Sequence record: NC_041936.1
Strand: one strand, 5' to 3'
DNA length: 64,000 nucleotides
Source of the DNA: Escherichia phage ECD7
In this document: positions 32,568 to 44,162 of the stretch, piece by piece
How positions within the stretch are numbered: position 1 is the first letter of the stretch
Layout: every line of letters starts with the position of its first letter
Notes under the pieces: generated by a model
Told to the model about the DNA's origin: nothing
Database searches by the model: none
Seen by the model: the letters and a program-made list of their open reading frames with translations, nothing else
Program-made: the position numbers and the translations under genes

Positions 32568-33602
32568 TTAATATGTATCAGCTAATTTAATTATGTTATC
32601 AAGTTCCGTGATTGGTAAAGTTTCTGTGTATCCATCTTTCAACATGGATTTATCAACAACGCCACAATGATAAGTTCTCTTTATTTCCTTTTCAAGTTCC
32701 CACGGAATCCAGCCATCAACACTTTGTTTGACGTAAACAAGTTTGTGAACAAACTTAGATTTCTGCATATGTTGTTTCATTCTGGTTTCCGGTAATTCAT
32801 TGGTTACACCAAACTTTATAAATTTATCATCTAACGTCTGGATATAAAAATATCCCATCTCAGATGGACGATAGCCAGAAGAACTACATTTCGGACACCC
32901 TTTAGCATTTCTGTTGAACGTACAATATCTTACAGAAAATTCTGCGTCATGTTTTGTACATTTAAGTTTTATCCATGAATTTGCAGTACCTATCCATTCA
33001 CCATCGACACCTATATATTCATACCCTAACTTTTTACATTTATCTTCTATTCTAGATAGTGCATCTTCCACGGGAACGACATATTCCGTCTTAAATTGTT
33101 CAGCCGCACATTTCTTACAACCACATGTACCATGATTTTTAAAATCAAAGAACTTTGTATTCTTCCAAATGTGGTCATGTTTCTTGCATCTAAGAATCAT
33201 CTTAGTAATTTGTGATTTCCAGCCACCAACAAATCCCAAAAATTCATAATCAAGATCTTTACATTTTTCTTCAATGAATTTGGTTGCTTCCTCTTCTGTC
33301 ATAACTCCCCTACATTGAGGGCAACCAACAATAACCTTTTTAGCATAGAAACTATTACTGGAAACATCATAGACAGTTCCATGCTTATTGCATTGGATAA
33401 CAGATCTAGTCAATTTTCCTTTCCATTCTCCAGAAAATCCTAAGAATGTATGGTCGACAAGTTTACATCTTTCAATAACTTTATCCGCAAATTCTCTAGG
33501 AGATTTTGTTACCTTGTTTACTCTGTATTCTATTTCTTCCGGTTGACGAAGATAATAAACGTGGGGATTGCTCCCCACGGAATTAATATTAATATTAAGC
33601 AT
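32568..33602 (-). CDS. putative homing-endonuclease-like protein: three Cys-containing repeats plus C-terminal T5orf172/GIY-YIG-like domain
   Basis: ORF 32568..33704 trimmed to the Met overlapping the gene 2 stop; three ~55-aa repeats (..C.KHG...GCP.C..); C-terminal GYFYIQTLDDKFIKFGVTNELPETR...ELEKEI. Confidence 0.45.
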   Translation of the reverse strand: MLNININSVGSNPHVYYLRQPEEIEYRVNKVTKSPREFADKVIERCKLVDHTFLGFSGEWKGKLTRSVIQCNKHGTVYDVSSNSFYAKKVIVGCPQCRGVMTEEEATKFIEEKCKDLDYEFLGFVGGWKSQITKMILRCKKHDHIWKNTKFFDFKNHGTCGCKKCAAEQFKTEYVVPVEDALSRIEDKCKKLGYEYIGVDGEWIGTANSWIKLKCTKHDAEFSVRYCTFNRNAKGCPKCSSSGYRPSEMGYFYIQTLDDKFIKFGVTNELPETRMKQHMQKSKFVHKLVYVKQSVDGWIPWELEKEIKRTYHCGVVDKSMLKDGYTETLPITELDNIIKLADTY

Positions 33603-34416
33603 CCTTCCACACCTTCCTTGCATCATAGTTTTTACCTTTAGAAACAAATTTATATGTGTTAAGGTAGATAATATTGCTCCAGTCTTTCGGGCTAATCTCA
33701 ACAAGTTTTGTTTTAATGTGTCCAGGTAGATATGCTTTGATCATGTGGTCACTACCACGCATACCTTTTACATCGCTCCATTTGATTTTTAAGCGTGTTT
33801 TATTGCTCAAGGTAGGAGTAGATGCATATTGCTTTAAAAGTGCCTCTAAAAACTGCTGACGGGCTTTAGGCGTTACATAGTGTAAGTTAAGACCCAGCAT
33901 TACAGTATTACCCGCCTTTGTCTTAGAATCACCCAGACAAATGATCAGCGGGAAAACATCCCAATATGGCAAAGTGTCTTTATACTTCGCATCATACATA
34001 AAGGTATAGATTCGCCCTACTTGCGGTTTTACAATCTGGTGTCCCTTTATTCCCGCTTTTATTGTTTTAGTAAACCACTCCTGTGATTTTTCTTTAGGGC
34101 GACTCTTTGATACAGCACGCATAGACGCACGAAAATCATTAATCATCATCATTGCGCGTTGCTGCTTATTGAGACCCTTTGCGCCTTTCCCTTTTAGTTT
34201 TTCAACTTCTATTGCTGTTTTAATTTCGCTGGCATAACGAGACATACTTTTAGTGAAAGTCGCATAGGCTATTCCCTTAGAATCTGCAAATGCTTTAGCT
34301 GTCATTCCTTTGGCTTTTGCTTTCGCAAATTCTACACCCAATTCGACCCACTGTTTAGACTTTCTTTTTTGGGGAGACGGCTTTTCGTCTTCTGTGATTA
34401 TTTCAAATACGCTCAT
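33595..34416 (-). CDS. 2: DNA end protector protein gp2
   Basis: 273 aa, T4 gp2 size; position between gp3 and gp4. Confidence 0.75.
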   Translation of the reverse strand: MSVFEIITEDEKPSPQKRKSKQWVELGVEFAKAKAKGMTAKAFADSKGIAYATFTKSMSRYASEIKTAIEVEKLKGKGAKGLNKQQRAMMMINDFRASMRAVSKSRPKEKSQEWFTKTIKAGIKGHQIVKPQVGRIYTFMYDAKYKDTLPYWDVFPLIICLGDSKTKAGNTVMLGLNLHYVTPKARQQFLEALLKQYASTPTLSNKTRLKIKWSDVKGMRGSDHMIKAYLPGHIKTKLVEISPKDWSNIIYLNTYKFVSKGKNYDARKVWKDA

Positions 34417-34427
34417 AATATTATCCT

Positions 34428-34901
34428 CTATTTGTTAAGCCCTTTAAAGCCAAACACTTTCTTTAATGCATGTTCGGTTATGATCTTAAACTCCATGTTA
34501 TGCTTTTGGCATAATTTCACGGCAGCTAACCATTTTTCAGTATTTTTTGTGTACGTCCATACTTCATGCATATATCGTTGCTTTGTCTTCGCGGTCATTC
34601 TTTTTGGCTTTTCCGGTGGCCTTGTCTCTTTAGCTGGTTTAACTTCCCATAAATGCTCCTTGCCATCATCAAACTTAACGTAAAAATCCATAAAGTATCT
34701 GTGTCTTTTCCCGTCTGTTGATGACTCATAAGGAATTACTACGGTCTCAGATCCCCATTTTGCAACTCTAGGATTGCGGTCTAGCCACTGCATGATCCAT
34801 CTTTCCCAGCTTGAACGGTATGTGATCTTACGTATATCCCCTTTATACTTTTCCTTATTCTCAGGAACATACTTGCCCTTATAAGTGTTAGATCCTCCCA
34901 T
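34428..34901 (-). CDS. 4: head completion protein gp4
   Basis: 157 aa starting MGGSNTYKGKYVPENK; T4 gp4 position opposite gene 53. Confidence 0.75.
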   Translation of the reverse strand: MGGSNTYKGKYVPENKEKYKGDIRKITYRSSWERWIMQWLDRNPRVAKWGSETVVIPYESSTDGKRHRYFMDFYVKFDDGKEHLWEVKPAKETRPPEKPKRMTAKTKQRYMHEVWTYTKNTEKWLAAVKLCQKHNMEFKIITEHALKKVFGFKGLNK

Positions 34902-34916
34902 TTTAGCACCCTTTAT

Positions 34917-34924
34917 TATAAATA
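34917..34924 (+). promoter_or_regulatory. late promoter box TATAAATA upstream of gene 53
   Basis: Exact T4 late consensus about 32 nt before the ATG, in the divergent 4/53 intergenic region. Confidence 0.55.
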
Positions 34925-34956
34925 CATAATACTATTTATCAATTGAGGGTGATAAA

Positions 34957-35511
34957 ATGCTCTTTTCTTTCTTCCCTGCCATTGAATACAACGGCAAGAT
35001 GATTACTGACATTGTGCGCAATTACCGCGCATATTTCAACGCAATAATTTCTGATTATAACATACAAACATATTACATTCAAGGTAGTCCACGACCGGAA
35101 CAAGTTGCATATGAAGTATACGGAAACCAACAACTTTATTGGATCTTGCTGATGCTTAATGACGTATACGATCCGTTCCATGACTGGATCACCGATCAAG
35201 AGACAGCATATGAATCAGCCGAACAACGATATGCAAATGTAGGAGGAAATCAAGTATTATACCACGTTGATATTGACGGAAACAAGTATTGGAATCTTAC
35301 CGAATATCCGAAAGGATCAAGCAATTGGTATGATAAAGGGGATATTCATCACCGTCATTTGCAGTTTCAGGGTGCATTATCGGCAGTAGACACACTGGAA
35401 GATGCGATCCTCCGTAATGAGGAACGACGCAAGATCAAGATCATAGATCCTACACAAATTAAACAATTTATTAACGCATTCATTCGAGAAATGGAAAAGG
35501 CTGATGTGTAA
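34957..35511 (+). CDS. 53: baseplate wedge protein gp53
   Basis: 184 aa; first gene of the late block ahead of gp5; TATAAATA late promoter upstream. Confidence 0.75.
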   Translation: MLFSFFPAIEYNGKMITDIVRNYRAYFNAIISDYNIQTYYIQGSPRPEQVAYEVYGNQQLYWILLMLNDVYDPFHDWITDQETAYESAEQRYANVGGNQVLYHVDIDGNKYWNLTEYPKGSSNWYDKGDIHHRHLQFQGALSAVDTLEDAILRNEERRKIKIIDPTQIKQFINAFIREMEKADV

Positions 35512-35522
35512 GGTGATTAATT

Positions 35523-37322
35523 ATGCTAATGTTTAATAACTCCGTTAAATGGTTTACCGGAATTGTAGAAAACAGGGAAGACCCATTAATGCTGGGGCGT
35601 GTTCAGGTTAGGATTCATGGTATACATCCCTCGCTATCCGCACACGGTGACATTCAAGGTCTTCCAACCGAAGATCTATTATGGATTACGCCAGTACAAG
35701 ATATTACAAGCGCGGCGATCTCCGGTATAGGTCAAAGCCCTACTGGTATTGTTGAAGGTTCAATGGTATTTGGTTTGGCTTTAGATGAACGCTATTTAAA
35801 CTGCGTTATTCTGGGTACTATTGCCGGACAATATACAGAGAAACCACTCACTACAGAGGGTTTTTGCGACCCTTCTGGTGCATATCCTCGTTATATTGGT
35901 AATGATGTTAATATTCTTGCTCGTGGCGGTATTAACCCAGAAACCGGACAAACAACAAAACCTGATAGTGTCTATATTCGAGATGAAAACACTGGAGTTG
36001 CAGTAAATCCAGACGACGAGCCATTAGACCAAATTCCGGTTGATGATAATCCTGATTTTACAATCGAAAAAATGCTGCGGGGCGATGAGGGATATCGCGA
36101 GAAATGGTATCTTGATTCAGAAGGATATCCGACAATAGGCATCGGGCATTTGATCATTTATAAGAAAACCAGTGATCTGGGTATTATCAATAATGAACTT
36201 TCTAAGCTGGTAGGGCGTGAAGTTACAAACGGAAGACTTACCGCCGAAGAAGTTAGTAAAGTATTTGCCGACGATATAGAAAAGACTCGTCGTGATATGC
36301 GCAAGCATCCACGAATTGCACCTGTCTATAATAAATGTAATGCCTCACGTCGTATGGCATTAGAAAATATGGCGTTTCAAATGGGTGTTGGTGGATTGGG
36401 TAAATTTAAGAATAGTCTTGCTGCGATGTTAGCGGAAGAATGGAAACAAGCCTATGATGGATTACGTCAATCTGTATGGGCTAACCAAACTCCAGGACGA
36501 TCCAGCCGTGTTTCTAAAATTATTCTGACTGGTAACTTAGAATCATATGGCGTAATTGCTCCAAAGAAAGAGGAATCAATTTCGGATGACCCGCGAGCAC
36601 GTTTGAGAAATGCCCGTATTGCTGCCTATAAGACGCAGAGAGCAGAAGAAGACCCAGAAGCACCGTTTACCCCACAAGACACACGAATCATGTTTAAAGA
36701 GCCTAAGAGTTCGTATTCTGCGAGGTATCCTTATAACCATGTTTACGAGTCAGAGAGCGGTCATATTATCGAGATTGATGATACTCCTTCTCATGAGCGT
36801 TATCACCGCAAACATCCTTCTGGTACATTTGAAGAAACCAGACCGGACGGAACGAGGGTAGAAAAGATTGAAGGCGATGATTATCTGATCGTTAAACAAG
36901 GCCGGAAAGTAAACGTTAAGGGTAATTTGCAAGTTGTTGTTGAAGGTGACGCGCAAGTTTATTATATGGGTAATGTGATGCAAACCGTTGATGGTAACGT
37001 CACGGAATTTATTCGTGGCAATGTTAATCAGACCGTTGAAGGCACTGCTAACATGCATGTTGTAGGTGATGTTACCGCTCAGCTTGACGCTAATTTGACG
37101 GCTAATGTCAAGGGTAATGCTGAATTAATGATCGAGGGTAACACTACAGAGACAATTAAAGGTAACTATGATTTAACCGTTGAGGGTAATTTTAATATGA
37201 CCGTCAATGGCACTAAATCAGATCAGGTTAATGGTGATTGGTCCCGTAATTGTGGTGCAAGCGTTAAAGATATTGCATCTGGTACAGTTAAAATTGATGG
37301 TAGCCGTATTGATCTTGGGTGA
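35523..37322 (+). CDS. 5: baseplate hub / cell-puncturing protein with lysozyme domain gp5
   Basis: 599 aa; N-terminus DPLMLGRVQVRIHG, lysozyme core GYPTIGIGHL, C-terminal VxGxxxxx beta-helix repeats and SGTVKIDGSRIDLG. Confidence 0.95.
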   Translation: MLMFNNSVKWFTGIVENREDPLMLGRVQVRIHGIHPSLSAHGDIQGLPTEDLLWITPVQDITSAAISGIGQSPTGIVEGSMVFGLALDERYLNCVILGTIAGQYTEKPLTTEGFCDPSGAYPRYIGNDVNILARGGINPETGQTTKPDSVYIRDENTGVAVNPDDEPLDQIPVDDNPDFTIEKMLRGDEGYREKWYLDSEGYPTIGIGHLIIYKKTSDLGIINNELSKLVGREVTNGRLTAEEVSKVFADDIEKTRRDMRKHPRIAPVYNKCNASRRMALENMAFQMGVGGLGKFKNSLAAMLAEEWKQAYDGLRQSVWANQTPGRSSRVSKIILTGNLESYGVIAPKKEESISDDPRARLRNARIAAYKTQRAEEDPEAPFTPQDTRIMFKEPKSSYSARYPYNHVYESESGHIIEIDDTPSHERYHRKHPSGTFEETRPDGTRVEKIEGDDYLIVKQGRKVNVKGNLQVVVEGDAQVYYMGNVMQTVDGNVTEFIRGNVNQTVEGTANMHVVGDVTAQLDANLTANVKGNAELMIEGNTTETIKGNYDLTVEGNFNMTVNGTKSDQVNGDWSRNCGASVKDIASGTVKIDGSRIDLG

Positions 37323-37330
37323 GGTAACTA

Positions 37331-37897
37331 ATGGTTGAAATTCTTCCGATGAGTTCAAAATTGGAGGATATCAGCGAGCGAGAAATCTTTGAGGTGGTGT
37401 TCTCTTATAAAGCAACGCCACCGGATGCAAATACCACATACACGATTAAAGAGTTTAAGATCAGCGAGTATCGCCCTAATAAGGGCGTTACCGTTGAAGA
37501 AACTAAAATATCTGGTGAGTATCTGGATAGTTTTTCGCTTGGCGCGGATTCTCTTAAATATATAACGAAAGATCGAATTAAAAAATCTGCCGGAAGTTTT
37601 GATGATTTACCAGATCCAACTACCGCAGATCTATATTATTTTAACGCTCCTACACATCTACAGGAGGTTTATACTTATAAAGTAACCCTAACCTATATCC
37701 AATCTGTTTCAGAGTCTTCTGGGGGGTCTGGTGAAGGAAATAGTGGTGGTTCCAATAGCCGAGAGGGTGCTGGTGAAACTAATCCGCCTCCGGTAGTAAC
37801 CGAGCACACAATAGAGAAAGTTTATACTCAAACCGTTTTTGGAAATTGGGATGTGTGGAGTAAACAGTTAAGAGATTATGTACATAGGGGTGTTTAA
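37331..37897 (+). CDS. 5.1: gp5.1-like baseplate-associated protein (by position)
   Basis: 188 aa ORF between gp5 and gp5.4. Confidence 0.5.
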   Translation: MVEILPMSSKLEDISEREIFEVVFSYKATPPDANTTYTIKEFKISEYRPNKGVTVEETKISGEYLDSFSLGADSLKYITKDRIKKSAGSFDDLPDPTTADLYYFNAPTHLQEVYTYKVTLTYIQSVSESSGGSGEGNSGGSNSREGAGETNPPPVVTEHTIEKVYTQTVFGNWDVWSKQLRDYVHRGV

Positions 37898-38190
37898 TGG
37901 CTGGATTATCCTACGATAAAGCTAAAACTACAGGGCACGGAAACTACCCACCTACGGTAATTAATGCAACTCAATCTAAGGTATTTGTTGAGGGTATCCC
38001 TGTATTAGTCGAAGGAGACCCAATTACACCACACACAAAAACAACAAAGCCTTATGATACACACGGGGGAACTACGGTCGCCAGTACCCCGAAAGTATTT
38101 GTTACCGGAAAGAAAGCAATTCAAATGGCAGATCGTATTAGCTGTGGCGATACCGTCGCTATGGCATCACCGAAGGTATTCATAAAATGA
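37897..38190 (+). CDS. 5.4: PAAR-repeat spike-tip protein gp5.4
   Basis: 97 aa; [32 protein letters not shown] matches T4 gp5.4. Confidence 0.85.
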   Translation: MAGLSYDKAKTTGHGNYPPTVINATQSKVFVEGIPVLVEGDPITPHTKTTKPYDTHGGTTVASTPKVFVTGKKAIQMADRISCGDTVAMASPKVFIK

Positions 38191-40091
38191 CAAAGCAAAA
38201 GATTACACAAATTCCTGATATTTTTAATGCTGCTACATTCGATGAAATTAAAAGCGCATTAACAGACTGGATGAGAAACCAGGAAGAATTTAAAGATTTT
38301 GATTTTAATGGTGCTGGTATTAACGTATTGATGGACTTGCTCGCATATAATACCCTTTATATTCAGCAATTCGCCAACGCCGCGCTATATGAATCTTTTA
38401 TCAGAACGGCAATTAAGCGTAGTTCAGTTGTTCAAGCCGCGCAAGATTTAGGATATTTGCCAGCGAGCAAAACGAGTGCATCGACTACAATTATGTTGCA
38501 TGTATCACATCCGCGAAATCCGGCAAGTATTCGAATCCCACGAGGAACTAAATTTATTGCAAGTGTGGATCGCCAGACGTCTTATCCGTTTGTGACTACA
38601 GAAGACGTTGTGAGCGTTTTAGGTTCAAATGGTTTATATACGCCTATGCTTAAAGTCGCACAAGGTCGTATTGTTCGTACAGAAATGTTATTTGATCCGA
38701 AGAAACAAATTCTGATCCGTGATCCTGATATTGACCGCGCTCAGGTTAAGTTGTGGGTAGACGGTGCTGAATGGAAAGACTGGACGCGAGAAAGTATTGT
38801 TAATGCAACTGGCGCTAGTAATATTTTCTATCTGCGTGAAACCGTAGACGGACATACTGAAATTTTCTTTGGTGAGGGTGAATCAACTTTATCTGCTGCT
38901 GGCGGTGCACTGGAAGCAAATTATATTGGTGGACTTAAGCCGTCAACTGGCGCTAATATTGTTATTGAATATATCAGCACTAAGGGCGCGGAAGCAAACG
39001 GTTCAGTTAATTTCACATACGCGGATACCCTTGCATCTATCTCTATTGTTAAAATTATTGAGAATCCGACAAATGATCGTGATTATGTCGGTGCAGATGG
39101 TGGTGGTGATCCTGAATCAATCGAACGTATTCGTGAACTTGCTCCGGTAATGCGTGAATCTCAGCGTCGTTGTGTAACTGCGTCCGACTATGAGGCTTTT
39201 GTATCTAGCCGTTTTGGTAGTATTGTTCAGGCGGTACAATGTTTCACCGACCGAGAAAAACCGGGTTATGCTTTTGTTGCTGTTAAGCCTAAATCTGGCT
39301 TGCGCTTGACAACTGTTCAAAAAGAAGATATGCGGGATTATCTGGCAAAATATAATCTTGCCCCTATCACTCCGAGCATCATTGACCCTAACTATCTGTA
39401 TATTAAACAGAATATTAAAGTTTCCTATTCAATCAATGACTTGTCAGAATCAGAGCAGTGGTTGCGCGGTGCGGTTATTGATCAGATTGATGCATATTAT
39501 ACCGACGAAGTGGAAATTTTTAACCAGACCTTTAGTAAGTCTAAAATGCTTGCGCGTATTGACAAAGCTGATGTATCTGTGATAGGTTCTAGTGCAGAAA
39601 TAGAGATGGTGCGAGAGATCGACAACTTCTATAAAGCACCGATGGCTGGAATCAAGTTTTTAAACCAGTATAAGAGCGGAATCAAGTCTAGTTCATTCAA
39701 CTTCGAAAAGGACGACAAGCAATATCCAATCCATTATGTAAGTACAGAAATGAACAAAGAATCCGGTTTAGCTAAATTGCTGGTTGGACCTTTCCCTGTT
39801 GATTCTACAATCGCTTTACCGCACTATTCCGGCACTGATTTTGATAAAGAGGTTATCGACGGTGCGGACCTATACTTTGAGGTTGGAGAGGTTCAGCATT
39901 ATGACGACCTTATTTCATGGGATCTGGGTAAACTGAATATCAATAGCGATCGCTTTACTGGTTCATATATTGAGTTGACAGCTAAACCGATTGCTGATAA
40001 CATCTTTACTAAAGACGGTTCTTTGATCGTGTTTGAAAACGATCTCCGTCCTCAGTACACAACTATTAGTCTGGAGGCAATTGCTCAATGA
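38187..40091 (+). CDS. 6: baseplate wedge protein gp6
   Basis: 634 aa (T4 gp6 is about 660 aa); synteny. Confidence 0.85.
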   Translation: MTKQKITQIPDIFNAATFDEIKSALTDWMRNQEEFKDFDFNGAGINVLMDLLAYNTLYIQQFANAALYESFIRTAIKRSSVVQAAQDLGYLPASKTSASTTIMLHVSHPRNPASIRIPRGTKFIASVDRQTSYPFVTTEDVVSVLGSNGLYTPMLKVAQGRIVRTEMLFDPKKQILIRDPDIDRAQVKLWVDGAEWKDWTRESIVNATGASNIFYLRETVDGHTEIFFGEGESTLSAAGGALEANYIGGLKPSTGANIVIEYISTKGAEANGSVNFTYADTLASISIVKIIENPTNDRDYVGADGGGDPESIERIRELAPVMRESQRRCVTASDYEAFVSSRFGSIVQAVQCFTDREKPGYAFVAVKPKSGLRLTTVQKEDMRDYLAKYNLAPITPSIIDPNYLYIKQNIKVSYSINDLSESEQWLRGAVIDQIDAYYTDEVEIFNQTFSKSKMLARIDKADVSVIGSSAEIEMVREIDNFYKAPMAGIKFLNQYKSGIKSSSFNFEKDDKQYPIHYVSTEMNKESGLAKLLVGPFPVDSTIALPHYSGTDFDKEVIDGADLYFEVGEVQHYDDLISWDLGKLNINSDRFTGSYIELTAKPIADNIFTKDGSLIVFENDLRPQYTTISLEAIAQ

Positions 40092-43000
40092 TTAAAGCGC
40101 CTAGTGTAACTAGCTTGACAATAGAAAAATTGTCTGCTAATCAGGCGTATATCACATGGGATGACGTAGGCGAAAACTTCTTTTATTTTGTGGAGTTAGC
40201 CGAAACCAGAACGCGAGACGGGGAGATCATCCCCGTCGATGAGTTAAGCTGGGTAAACCTGGGATATACTGCCGATCAAAACTGGTTTGAGGATAAAAAC
40301 CTTTTTCCAGAATATTATTACAAGTTTCGTGTAGCAGTAGCCGCAGAAGGATTTGAACAAAGTAAATGGGTTGAGACAGAAGAGTTTCAGACATTTAAAA
40401 CAAACGCATATAATTTTTCTATGATGCGAGAGTTCAACCTTGCAAACGAGTTTATAAAGGAAAAATTTACATACGATAATCGAGAGTATGTCAAGTTTAA
40501 TACTGACCTGATTCAAGCATCATTGATGAAGGAAGATTTTGTCTTTAGTCCTGAATATGCAAACATGACAAATATCTCAAACTACATTGTAGTTGATGAG
40601 AACTTTCATGAAATACAGGATCACATAGAAAAAGTTTGTACTGATATAAACCGCACAATGTTAGCGGAAATGAACGGTGTTTTGTACCTTTTCGAACGGT
40701 TCCAGCCGATCGTGAAAGTGTCAAATGATAAAGGTCAATCATGGAAAGCATACAAGGCTTTTAATGATCGTGTAGGCAATCCGGTTTCCCGCACATGCGT
40801 TTATCAGTCTAAAACCACTACTTACGTTTTAGGATATGACCGAATCTTTTACGGACGACAAGCTAGCGATACTCGATGGAGCGCGGACGATGTTCGATTT
40901 AGTGATGATACGATCACTTTTGCAAAGGTTGGTGACGAGAACGATTTAGGCTTTGATGTTGAGGTCTTTGGTGTATTTTCCAGATTAACAGGTGATACCA
41001 CAAAATACGCCGAAGCTATGGCGTGCAGTGATGACTATTTGTGGGTTGGTGCTAAAGATGTTATTCGCCGGATTCGTCTTAAGAATACTCCTGTTGATAC
41101 CGTACAGGGTTCGCCTACGTTTGGAGAAAAAATATTCGATCCTGATGTTATACGAGTAACAGGAAATGATAAAGCTGTCATTCAGAAAATGGATGTGATC
41201 GACGGTAAATTGCTTGTATTTGTTACGGGTGAAGTTAAACAGCGTTATCAAGATCCAACTAAACCAGAAAACGTTGTTCCGTCAGATGATGCGGGTGTAT
41301 ACTTAATAGGGAGTGATGGTCTGTCTTTTCAGAGAGTATTTGGCAACACTCCGCAGGAAAGGGAATATATTCAGCACGGGTTCAGTAATATGTCAACCAA
41401 TGGTGATGAGGTGTTCATAAGCCATTATAATCATCACTTCGAAAGCATTTTACCTGATCCAGAAACTGCCGCAAAATATGAATTAGGCGAAGCTGTAAAA
41501 TATTCTCAGGAGCCAACTTATCTAACTGATAAGAAAATACATCAAACTACTTTCAGAGCAAGTTATGATGATTTGCGTATTTGGGAGTTAGGACCGCAAG
41601 CGTATTATAACGAGGCTGATTATACATGGATGCGTCGAAACGGTGTCCGTGTGTGGATCACAAATGATAATCGCCCGTTGGTTGTTTATCCAGAGGTTGT
41701 CTATACTCAAGAAGTTGATACATCTGGCATTCTTGACCAAAATAGGGTTAACCGAGAAGTTTATGATAAAGGGACCGTGACCTGTTATCTTAACAATGTT
41801 AAATTTGAAGGATTCAAACAATATGCATCCGGTGTAATGTTCCATAAAAACACAGGAGAGATCATTGGATTCTATCAATTTAATTATCGTGTTCGTGATC
41901 AGGTTGGTGTATATTGGAAACCTACAAATGTAGCATTTGTTGCTGAATTGCAAAATCAGGTTAGAGAGGTTCCCTGGGTTCCGGTTCACTACGATCGAGA
42001 GCAAGATCCAGATTTGCGGCCTTTACTGAATAAGATGACCCCTGATAGCTTTTTACTTGAGAACGAAAATTTCAGAAAATTCTCTGAATATTATCTGCAA
42101 TTCTTAAGCGATGGTTCAGGAACATATTATAATAAACTAAAAAATCTGATTAAAAACAAATATCCACGCGAGAAAGATGCATATGAGTATCTTTGGTCAG
42201 AGATGAACAAACGAAACATCTATGCAGATAAAAACAAGCGAGATGCGGTAGTAAGATTCTTTGAATCCCGCAAATCAGATTTTTATTCCACTAAGGGCGT
42301 GGAGGCTTCTTATAAGTTCTTGTTTAAGTTACTTTATAATGAAGATGTGGAAATTGAGGTTGAATCACAAGCCGGACTAGAGTATGATATTGTTGTTAGT
42401 TCAACGAACATTGACGAGGATATCGTAGGTCGCACGATTTATACTCCAACCGGACGGGCTAACGTGACGTATCTTGAAAGGGAATATGAAGGTGGTCGCC
42501 TACGCTGGCGAGTAACCATTCATAACCTGATCGGGCGGTTCGAAGAAGGTCAAGTGATCAAATCAGAGAAAACAGCGTTTGAAGGGATGATCCTTGTTGG
42601 TGTACGTGGTAAAGAGTTGTTGAGTAGTTCAATCGACTATATCAACCGCTCACGAAGCCAATACACCATGAAGATTAAAAGTGCATTGCCAGTTTCGCGC
42701 TATGCAAATGATGTAATGCGATTCGTTCATCCTGTCGGCTTTGGGTTTATCGGTGTTACCCTGCTTACAATGTTCATTAACAGCGGGTTAAGCATGAAGC
42801 ACACCGAGACTATAATTCAATCTCTGAAAAATTATAAGTTTGACAGCGGATTGCCTAGCGTGTATCCTGATCGGGTGGCAGACCTTGACGTTGACGGAAA
42901 CATTAAGAAAGACCCGCTTACCGGAAAAGCATTATATTTGACTTCACCTTTAATTGGTGAAGAATTTCCGGTTCCTCCTGAATATGATCAGGAGAACAGC

Positions 43001-43174
43001 GAATTGTTCCACGGACTTAAAGCAAGCGAACGAAGATTTGCAATGAGTCCACTGTTTGACCAGTCGGCGGTAACATTCTCTATGTTCCGTGAACTTGTAG
43101 ATAAACGGTTGAAGGATAATATAGGGAATCCACGCGATCCGAAGAATCCGACACAGAGGAAAATTAATGGCTAA
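40088..43174 (+). CDS. 7: baseplate wedge protein gp7
   Basis: 1028 aa (T4 gp7 is about 1032 aa); synteny. Confidence 0.85.
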   Translation: MIKAPSVTSLTIEKLSANQAYITWDDVGENFFYFVELAETRTRDGEIIPVDELSWVNLGYTADQNWFEDKNLFPEYYYKFRVAVAAEGFEQSKWVETEEFQTFKTNAYNFSMMREFNLANEFIKEKFTYDNREYVKFNTDLIQASLMKEDFVFSPEYANMTNISNYIVVDENFHEIQDHIEKVCTDINRTMLAEMNGVLYLFERFQPIVKVSNDKGQSWKAYKAFNDRVGNPVSRTCVYQSKTTTYVLGYDRIFYGRQASDTRWSADDVRFSDDTITFAKVGDENDLGFDVEVFGVFSRLTGDTTKYAEAMACSDDYLWVGAKDVIRRIRLKNTPVDTVQGSPTFGEKIFDPDVIRVTGNDKAVIQKMDVIDGKLLVFVTGEVKQRYQDPTKPENVVPSDDAGVYLIGSDGLSFQRVFGNTPQEREYIQHGFSNMSTNGDEVFISHYNHHFESILPDPETAAKYELGEAVKYSQEPTYLTDKKIHQTTFRASYDDLRIWELGPQAYYNEADYTWMRRNGVRVWITNDNRPLVVYPEVVYTQEVDTSGILDQNRVNREVYDKGTVTCYLNNVKFEGFKQYASGVMFHKNTGEIIGFYQFNYRVRDQVGVYWKPTNVAFVAELQNQVREVPWVPVHYDREQDPDLRPLLNKMTPDSFLLENENFRKFSEYYLQFLSDGSGTYYNKLKNLIKNKYPREKDAYEYLWSEMNKRNIYADKNKRDAVVRFFESRKSDFYSTKGVEASYKFLFKLLYNEDVEIEVESQAGLEYDIVVSSTNIDEDIVGRTIYTPTGRANVTYLEREYEGGRLRWRVTIHNLIGRFEEGQVIKSEKTAFEGMILVGVRGKELLSSSIDYINRSRSQYTMKIKSALPVSRYANDVMRFVHPVGFGFIGVTLLTMFINSGLSMKHTETIIQSLKNYKFDSGLPSVYPDRVADLDVDGNIKKDPLTGKALYLTSPLIGEEFPVPPEYDQENSELFHGLKASERRFAMSPLFDQSAVTFSMFRELVDKRLKDNIGNPRDPKNPTQRKING

Positions 43175-44162
43175 TGAAAATAGTGTGATCTATCGCTCAA
43201 TCATTACTAGTAAATTCAGAACGGAAAAACTTCTGAATTTCTATAATTCTGTAGGCGATGAGGCAAATCAAATTACAATTTATGGAACGTTTGGACGTTC
43301 GGAGCCGTGGTCAGAAAACGAAAAAGAGGTGGGCTTTGCCCCACCTTATCCGACCGATTCAACGGCTGGTGTTGTTGACATGTGGACCCATATGATGGGG
43401 GCGGTTAAGATTAACAAATCACTTCTTGATGCGGTTATCCCTCGTAAAGATTGGGGTGATACCGGACAGGATAACCCGCGCACATTCTTTATCAATGACA
43501 TTGTTGTTGTCAACTCAGCACCATATAACAGAACTGATGTTGGTAGCGGCTGGATGGTGTATCGCGTAACCGATGTTCCTGATCGCGGTTACTGCTCGAT
43601 TTCAAGCATTGACGCTAAAGTGGAGTGTTTGAAGTTGGGCGGAAAGTGGACCCCCACTCATGAATCAATTGCGCCACCTGTAGGAAAGGGCGATTCTATT
43701 GATATGGGTGATGGGTATCGTTGGGAATATCTGTACACAATTCCACCTGATGCGGCGATCAACCGTTGCACCAATGAACATATTGTTGTACCGTTCCCCG
43801 ATGAACTGCGACAAGATCCGGCGCGTTGGGGTTATGACAATGTGATCACCTGGTATAATGACTATAATCTGCTTTATCGGCTGAAAGTAGTAACTTTGCG
43901 TTTTCAGGCTTATATGGACTCTGCGCAATTCCCAACTACCGCGTTAGTGGGTAATACTGGTTTCCGTCAGTTAAGCATTATCCTTAACCCATTGGAAAAG
44001 AAAGCACGCCCTAGCGATCCAGACGTTAAAGCGGTCAAAGATAAGTACCGACCGCAAGACTTAGAGCCACACTCAGGCGAAATGATCTACATGGAAAACC
44101 GACAACCTATCGTTCGGTCATTAGATCAAACAGAACTTGTTTCTGTATTGTTTGAGTTCTAA
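43167..44162 (+). CDS. 8: baseplate wedge protein gp8
   Basis: 331 aa (T4 gp8 is about 334 aa); synteny. Confidence 0.85.
   Translation: MANENSVIYRSIITSKFRTEKLLNFYNSVGDEANQITIYGTFGRSEPWSENEKEVGFAPPYPTDSTAGVVDMWTHMMGAVKINKSLLDAVIPRKDWGDTGQDNPRTFFINDIVVVNSAPYNRTDVGSGWMVYRVTDVPDRGYCSISSIDAKVECLKLGGKWTPTHESIAPPVGKGDSIDMGDGYRWEYLYTIPPDAAINRCTNEHIVVPFPDELRQDPARWGYDNVITWYNDYNLLYRLKVVTLRFQAYMDSAQFPTTALVGNTGFRQLSIILNPLEKKARPSDPDVKAVKDKYRPQDLEPHSGEMIYMENRQPIVRSLDQTELVSVLFEF

Noticed and set aside
35821-42004. Assorted short ORFs on both strands inside genes 5, 6 and 7
   Set aside because: Embedded in or antisense to large conserved baseplate genes; no independent signals.
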